Below the pieces are notes generated by a model. It was not told where the DNA came from. It was given only the letters and a program-made list of their open reading frames with translations, and did not search any database. Both the position numbers and the translations under genes were made by a program. 64,000 nt of DNA from Octopus vulgaris (lineage: Eukaryota), in contig OX597827.1 of the NCBI GenBank assembly GCA_951406725.2, positions 59,396,001 to 59,460,000 of the forward strand. Reading direction: 5' to 3'. Each line of letters starts with the position of its first letter. Positions within the stretch are counted from its first letter, which is position 1. Positions 56,476 through 64,000 of this stretch are shown piece by piece.

Positions 56476-56769
56476 GTTGTGTCTGGGGAGTCATTTTCTT
56501 TCTGTGCCTTATAATGTAACACACTCACCGTTAAAATTTCCACTTATTTCTTATTTTTATTTTCCTAAATTTTCCTTGCGTCTTGCAACTTTTTCAATAG
56601 TCTTGACTCTCAAGACTCTCAAGGCTATTTGAGAATCAAGACTATTGAAAAGGTTACAAGACGCAACGAATATTTTAGGAACATAAAAATAAGAAATAAG
56701 CGGAAATTTTACCGGTGAGTGTGTTACATTATAAGGCACAAAAGGAAAATAACTCTCCCCAGACACAAC
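56476..56769. repeat. Foldback element, ~135-bp arms, inside (TA)n
   Basis: GTTGTGTCTGGGGAG...TCTTGACTCTCAA / TTGAGAATCAAGA...CTCCCCAGACACAAC. Confidence 0.9.
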
Positions 56770-56804
<35 letters not shown>

Positions 56805-56855
56805 GCATGAAGCTTTTGGACCTTGAGTTACTCTGTTGCTTCTGCTAAATATTAA

Positions 56856-56886
<31 letters not shown>

Positions 56887-56969
56887 ATATTAGGGAATAA
56901 ATCCAAATTTATTATGTATTGATTAAGTCTTTCCTTGTTTGTTTTGCAAAATAGTGGTTTTGTCTCTAA

Positions 56970-57029
<60 letters not shown>

Positions 57030-57553
57030 ACCAAAGTGACTGCATCTATGTATACATAAAAGTGCAAACGCATATATAAAGATACACAGAATAAGAGAGA
57101 AAGGGGGAGGAATAAGGAGAGAGAGAGAGAGAGTGAAAGAGAAAGAGAAAGAGAAAGATGGCGGTGAAGAGACAAAAACGCATACAGATATGCATGAAAA
57201 TATTGTCTGACTCTTCAAAGATTGTGGGAATTTCTGAGTTAAATCTACTAACCGCGTGTAATAGTGTGTGTTTTACTGCACATGCATTGTATGTGCATGA
57301 GTGTGCATGAGTGTGCCTGTGCGCGTTTATGTGTGTGTGTGAGTGTGTGCATGTGTGCGTTTCTGTGTGTTTCTGTGTGTCCGTGTCTGTATGTATTGAA
57401 GACAATACAGAATGGTATACGGTCATAGAACTTCAATCTAATTACAACGGCGCAGCAAAACGCCGTCTTGATAATAATTGTTCGCGTTGCAGATAAACCA
57501 TATTGTATAACGGCAACGGATAAAACTGAAAACAAACCATTAAATAAGCATAG

Positions 57554-57587
<34 letters not shown>

Positions 57588-57652
57588 ACAACAAAGATAC
57601 CGATATAATAAGTAAATAAATAAATTAATAAAGAAATAAATAAACTACTTAC

Positions 57653-57724
57653 AAATTCTTGAGGCGAGGAGCACCTTTTAATGACTTTCTTCCGATACTT
57701 TCCAGCTTGTTATAACTCAGATCT
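57653..57724 (-). CDS. slit: Slit, internal 72-nt exon, LRR domain D1 (first exon seen in window)
   Basis: cag|AGATCTG...AATTT|gtaagt; phase 2-2; translates DLSYNKLESIGRKSLKGAPRLKNL, matching the Slit D1 repeat (SLIT2 [24 protein letters not shown]). Confidence 0.93.
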
Positions 57725-58140
57725 CTGGATGCGAGAAAAAGAAAGAAAAAGAAAGGAAAACGATTATTTTTGAATTGTCATCTATTTAAAGAGCAGAGTA
57801 AGTAGAGTGAAGTGTCTTGTTGAAGAGGTACACTTTAAATAAGAAAAATAAAGGTGACATACAAATACATACAATCACACGATACATATATATATATATA
57901 TATATATGCATATATATGTGTATATACATGTGTATAAATATATATATATATATATATGCATATTCGTATATATACATGTATATTTGTATATATACATATA
58001 TATATACCATTACTATTATTTACAGGATTGTAAAATTCGGCGGCGTATAAGAAAACCATTCAAACCATTCGCACCGAAGTATATATATATATATATATAT
58101 ATATGCATATTCGTATAAATACATATATATTGGTATATGT

Positions 58141-58223
<83 letters not shown>

Positions 58224-58317
58224 AAATCTATCTATCTGTCTGTCTATCTGCTTATCTGTTTATCTACATTTATGTACACGCAAACACATAAATGCAAATA
58301 TATGTATATAAGCATGC

Positions 58318-58362
58318 ACTCTCTGAAGAGTCTAAAGGAAGACGAAACTATTAGGTATGATT
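58318..58362 (+). ncRNA. Hammerhead motif with intact core and degenerate stem I
   Basis: CUGAAGA-GUCU(AAAGGA)AGAC-GAAA-C(UAUUAG)G-UA. Confidence 0.5.
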
Positions 58363-58754
58363 TTTATTCGTAACTGTCACAGTTTCTGAGGCTTAACCAC
58401 CGCATGTGAATTTGCAGCAACGGCACTTTGGTGCAAAGGTTAGCAAAGTCGTCTGGATAATGATTAATGCGTGGTTCAATTCCCACTGAAGGTTTTTGGG
58501 ACATTTTTCTACTTTGAATTAATATTTATACAATTTTTAATACAATTTACTGTAAAATAAATAATTGAAAGTCTTTTTCTTTATATATACTCGCATGCAT
58601 GTGCATATATTAGTATATATATGTGTACAGAAACACACACACATATATTTATATACTTCTATAAATATATGTACATACACACGTATATATACATCTATTG
58701 GCGTATATATGTATATGAGTATACATAAATATATTGCATGCATATTTACATCTG

Positions 58755-59000
58755 TGGAGGCGCATGGTTTAGTGGTTAGGGTGTCAGCACCATGATCGTA
58801 AGATTGTGGTTTCGATTCCTGGACCGGGCGACGCGTTGTGTTCTTGAGCAAAACACTTCATTTCACGTTGCTCCAGTCCACTCAGCAGGCAAAAATGAGT
58901 AACGCTGCAATGGACTGGCGTCCCGTGTAGCTGAAGAACACATACACCATAGAAACCGGGAAACCGGGCCCATGAGCCTGGCTAGGCTTTAAAAGGTCGC
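58755..59000 (+). mobile_element. tRNA-derived SINE family D; related copies ~5010-5270, ~7595-7835, ~27290-27535, ~52815-53545, ~54640-54870 (all -)
   Basis: GGAGGCGCATGG.TTAGTGGTTAGG..GGTTTCGATTCC..TTCTTGAGCAAAACACTTCATTTCACGTTGCTCCAGTCCACTCAGC. Confidence 0.8.
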
Positions 59001-59865
59001 AGTTATTTTCATATTTACATGTATACACACAAATACATAAAAATAGACACATATATACACACTGAGACAAATATACACACTTACATACACACTTACATAT
59101 CATTCTTGAACAAGAAAATTATTGACAGTGACTTCGAAGTCACTGTCGGAAATTTCTAAGTCACTCTCGATAATATTCTTGTTTAAGAGTAATAAATATG
59201 AATTCTACTGAAAGATAGAGTAACCCATGTGTACAAAAACGTATATGAATAAACCCTCACGCACACATATACACGTACACACACATACGGATTTGCAAGC
59301 GCATGAATATATACCCATGTGTAATGGATTCGTCTATTTATATGCTATTGTACCCTAATATACTGGTCCCTTATGGGTTTCGCTCCACAATGGAAATCAC
59401 TTGTGTCTGACCTGGATATTGTGCAGGGCTCCGTTTTTGGTTGCGTGTTTTAGCAGTGTAGTGAAAGTGCTCAACGTAGTAGTAACAGTATTATAATTAT
59501 TATTATTATTATTATTAGTAGTAGTAGTAGTAGTAGCAGTAGCAGCATTAGTTGTAGTGGTGGTATGGTGAATGTGGTAGTAGTATTAGTAAAGTAAAAA
59601 TTAGTAGTATACTTATAGTAATAGTAGTTGTTGTAGTAGTAGTAGTAGTAGTTTTGCTTGTAGTTGTAGCGGTAATAGTACAATTAGTAGTAGCAACAGT
59701 AACAGTGTTGGTGGTTGTAGCAGTATTGGTAGTGTTAATAGTTGTGTTGGTGGTGGTGTGGTGGTGTGGTGGTGTCGGTGGGGGTGGCAGTTGCGACTGT
59801 AGTGGTGGTGGTGGTGGTGGTGGTGGTGGCAGTGGTGGTAGTGGTAGTAGCAGCGGCAATAGAAG

Positions 59866-59896
<31 letters not shown>

Positions 59897-59976
59897 AGCA
59901 GCAGCAGCAGTAGTAGTAGTAAAAGACGATGATGTGTGTAAGTGTGCAGTGGTTTGCCATTATTTCTTTCCATATG

Positions 59977-60019
<43 letters not shown>

Positions 60020-60219
60020 ATGTACGTGACTGCGCACGTGTGCGTATGCGTGTGAGCTTGCGTGCGTTTGTGTACGTCCTGGGGTTTCTGTTATTTATAC
60101 ATAAAATAAACCCCCATTTCATAATTCCCTAAGGACCCTATCATTTAACGCTCGCTGTTGTTTTGGTTGTCATTCTCCACCATACACTGGATCTTATTAA
60201 TTCCAGTGGCTCTCAATCC

Positions 60220-60239
60220 CACTACTGCTGCTGCTGCCA

Positions 60240-60329
<90 letters not shown>

Positions 60330-60330
60330 T

Positions 60331-60395
<65 letters not shown>

Positions 60396-60583
60396 GTCGC
60401 TGTACTTTTTCTTTCACTTCTGGTTGCGTTATTACTATTACCACCCATCCCATCAACACCACTTCCACCACAACCACTCCTGCTACTACTATTAACACAA
60501 TGAACACCACCACCACCACCACCTCTACTACTACTTCTACTACCACCACCACCACCACCACTACTACTACCATCAACACCACA

Positions 60584-60660
<77 letters not shown>
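60220..60660. repeat. (ACT)n/(ACC)n trinucleotide field
   Basis: Direct inspection. Confidence 0.95.
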
Positions 60661-61019
60661 AGTAGTTTTCTTATTGCTTTCTTTCATTGTGTTGAGACCA
60701 TACATTGTTTTGTTTGGGTATTTCCTATAGATTTTAAAGATAATCCCTGTACAATCCATGTGTACAATGCTTTGTTGAGATTATATGTCCCTTGTGAATA
60801 TATGCGTGTCCTACGGTTTTGACTATATAGTTGCCAGCACCGTTTTGTAATCAACCCTAGCGCTATAGAGATTGTTTCTCTATTCACTTCTTAAATCATG
60901 GTTATCTCTATTTCAAGATCATTATACTTAGACTTTTTTTTTGGTCATTTCTTTGATAGATACAATGTTACCTGTTAGGACTGATTACCAGCCCTTCTCT
61001 TTTCTGGTGGCTCCGACAT

Positions 61020-62200
61020 CTATTTAGCGGTCAGAGTGAACGGTTATCTCTCAGAACCGTTCAACATCATGCACTCAGTCCGGCATGGTTGCCTCTTCTC
61101 GCCTCTCTTGTATGTACTGACTCTTGAGCCACAACTACACAAACTAGAGATGTTGAGGGGCATCCCGCATGACCTAGGATGTGGGAGATGTCATGTAGTG
61201 GTGTCGGATAATAAACACATAGAAATGATCGGCATCGCTCTCAAGGACTACAAGGCGGTGTCAGGAACCAGGAAAATTTAGTGGGTTTGCGGCTCGGCAC
61301 CTGGAAAAACAAGTCCATGCCATCAAACTTATTCGTTGAGCGCCGGACGGACGGATCGGTTAAATTGCTCAATGCCTGGTTTCGTCCGGACCTCCAGATG
61401 AATAAAAACTGGGATGAGGTAATAACCAGGGTGACTACTCTCACCCAGAAAGGGGCCGAGAGGAAGCTATCCCTGAAAGGTCGGGCAGAGGTGGTTAACG
61501 CGTACATCGGTGTGGTCGCCGTTCGCCAGACGCGTATTTCCCCAGCTGGTTTCTTTAATGGAGCTGCAGTCCTGGGTCAAACAGAGACCTAGAGAAGGTA
61601 TTTGGAAAGTGGAATATCTTCAAGCGCTCACAGCTCCCAGCCAGTTGGATACTGCGATAGGTGGAACGTCCAATTTAGATTTCTATAGAGGATTAGTGAA
61701 GGGAAAGTACAAGGATGTTCTTGGGGATACCTTGGGTGTCGAAGATCAGTTAGCAGTACTTTTGCAGAAAACTTTCAGCCGGGGACCAATGCATAACTTC
61801 CAAAAATCTCTGGCCTGGCAGTACTGCCGGGGAGCTTTGCCTGTTCGAAATAAACTATACTGGCACGGAAGTGCCGTCAGCCGAGAATGTCTGAGATGCG
61901 CGCAGGACGACGAGACGGTCCAGCATGTACTCGTCCAGTGCCCGAACATTGCTGACCTGTGGGTTTATGTCAAACACCTGCTGTTGCTTGTAGGACGGAT
62001 CCGTCTGTCAACTGGGTCCATCGTGAAGATCGTCCCGCCGCCTTCCTTTAACCCGGAAGAGCAGGCTGTCTTTATATGCCTGGTGGAAATGCCGAAAGAG
62101 ATTGTATGGTGGACGAGGTTAAAGGGGCTGAGAGCAAACACGTTCTCTTTGGCCAATCCCTGATCAACTTCTTCAAGTTTCACTTGTAACGGAAAATAAG
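61020..62200 (+). mobile_element. Degenerate L1/Tx1-clade LINE ORF2 fragment (RT C-terminal part + zf-RVT)
   Basis: VNGYLSEPF..SVRHGCLFSPLLYVLTLEP; RKLSLKGRAEVVNAYI; AWQYCRGALPVRNKL..CLRCAQDDETVQHVLVQC; frameshifts and internal deletions. Confidence 0.85.
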
Positions 62201-62434
62201 GGAAGACAGCGAAGATCTGGACCAATCATGCAATTATTCTAGAAACAGCTGTTAAGTACTCCCTACACACTACTTTCCCCTCAGTTCCAAGGTCTGTTTT
62301 TTTACCACCTGTGACACTGCTATCTACTTTCCTGTCTAAATCACATCAACACTATGGACTTTATTCCGACCTCATTTCCGATTTAGCCGTCTATATGTGA
62401 ACTATTACTCATTTTCACATTATGATTTGTGTGT

Positions 62435-62474
<40 letters not shown>

Positions 62475-62622
62475 GTATGTGTATGTGTATATGTGTATGT
62501 GTCTGTGTGGAAATGTGGTAAGAGTGAAACGTGTGAGAGACAGAGAGCCAGTTCTCCAAATATGTACTAAACAGTCAAATATTATAGATATGTGCAGACA
62601 CATATATACATATACATATATG

Positions 62623-62654
<32 letters not shown>

Positions 62655-62669
62655 CATACATATATACAT

Positions 62670-62714
<45 letters not shown>

Positions 62715-62871
62715 CATATGTATATATATATATATCTACTCATATGTATACACATATGATTATGTACATATATATATATATATATATATATACATACACA
62801 TATTCATAATCGGTTAGTACGCGTGATCCTCCGACAATAATCCTTTCGTTATGTTTTACTGCTAAATACAA

Positions 62872-62951
<80 letters not shown>

Positions 62952-63039
62952 ACAAAGACAAACAAGCGACCGTAAGTAAATTGAATTCAAAACTAAACGC
63001 TTAAAGATTCCATTTAGCATTTACTATTAAAACACACAC

Positions 63040-63110
<71 letters not shown>

Positions 63111-63727
63111 GACCACAGGCAATAACTATAAACGATTGAATAACAGATAATAGAATTGTCTAAGATTTACATAACGACATTGCAAATGGACAAATTTACG
63201 TATTCATTCCTTTGCAAACAAACGTGCAGATAAAGCAAGCTTTTTACTTATATGACAAGGTAGTCGCGAATGAAAACATGGTATTTTTCGGTTTTGTTTT
63301 GTATCATTGTTCAGGTGGTTTTATGTTGATCTTTTTTTCTTTTCTTCTTCTTCTTTTTTTTTTTTTTACATTTTCTCGTTATTGAAGTAGAGAGAAGGGG
63401 AAAGGCGATGAAGACGAGGTCTGGATATTTTGACATCGTTATTGTAAGATGGCTGATCGCTGACGCCATTATATGTACGTATGTATGTATGTACGTAGAT
63501 ATGTACGTAGATATATATGTGTATATATACACAGACATACAGATATGATGTAATAATAATAATGATAATATTAATAATAATAATAATGATAAATATATGA
63601 TAATATATATACATACATACACACAAAATATGTGTCTAGATTACATACGTAAAATAATTTGTTGGTTAGTTTGTATTTGAAGAGCAGTCACTCACATTTG
63701 TATATATATATATATAGATATGAATAA

Positions 63728-63824
<97 letters not shown>

Positions 63825-63924
63825 TACACCTATATATACGCACATATGCATAACTATTCTTATATAGATAGATACATACATACAGATAGATGTGTCTCTC
63901 CCTCTTTCGCTCTCTCTGTATGTT

Positions 63925-64000
<76 letters not shown>

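Noticed and set aside
57725-64000. Upstream Slit exon (RLNRN-type LRR)
   Set aside because: No 72-nt LRR exon with splice sites found; it probably lies beyond the window.

Overview
Eukaryotic, AT-rich, microsatellite-saturated genomic DNA. The SINE families point to a coleoid cephalopod, most likely Octopus (inference). The window is the interior of a minus-strand Slit gene. Eleven GT-AG exons (8 x 72 nt, 2 x 164 nt, 1 x 142 nt; 1046 nt) splice into one open frame covering the C-terminal half of LRR domain D1 and all of LRR domain D2 (Robo/heparan sulfate-binding). The ORF track misses these exons as a gene. The introns hold a 5'-truncated Penelope-like retroelement with an uninterrupted RT + GIY-YIG frame inserted in (TA)n. 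They also hold decayed RTE, L1/Tx1 and CR1/Jockey-type LINE pieces, dozens of tRNA-derived SINEs and several long foldback elements. The most notable signals are at RNA level: (i) at least seven short hammerhead-ribozyme motifs, mostly in inserts within or beside (TA)n, including core variants (A3-U8, U6) and one intact sense-strand copy trapped in a perfect 43-bp hairpin; (ii) an unassigned 75-nt four-way-junction RNA motif repeated at a 324-nt period, an arrangement like a retrozyme. Nearly all other ORFs in the track are microsatellite translation artefacts.
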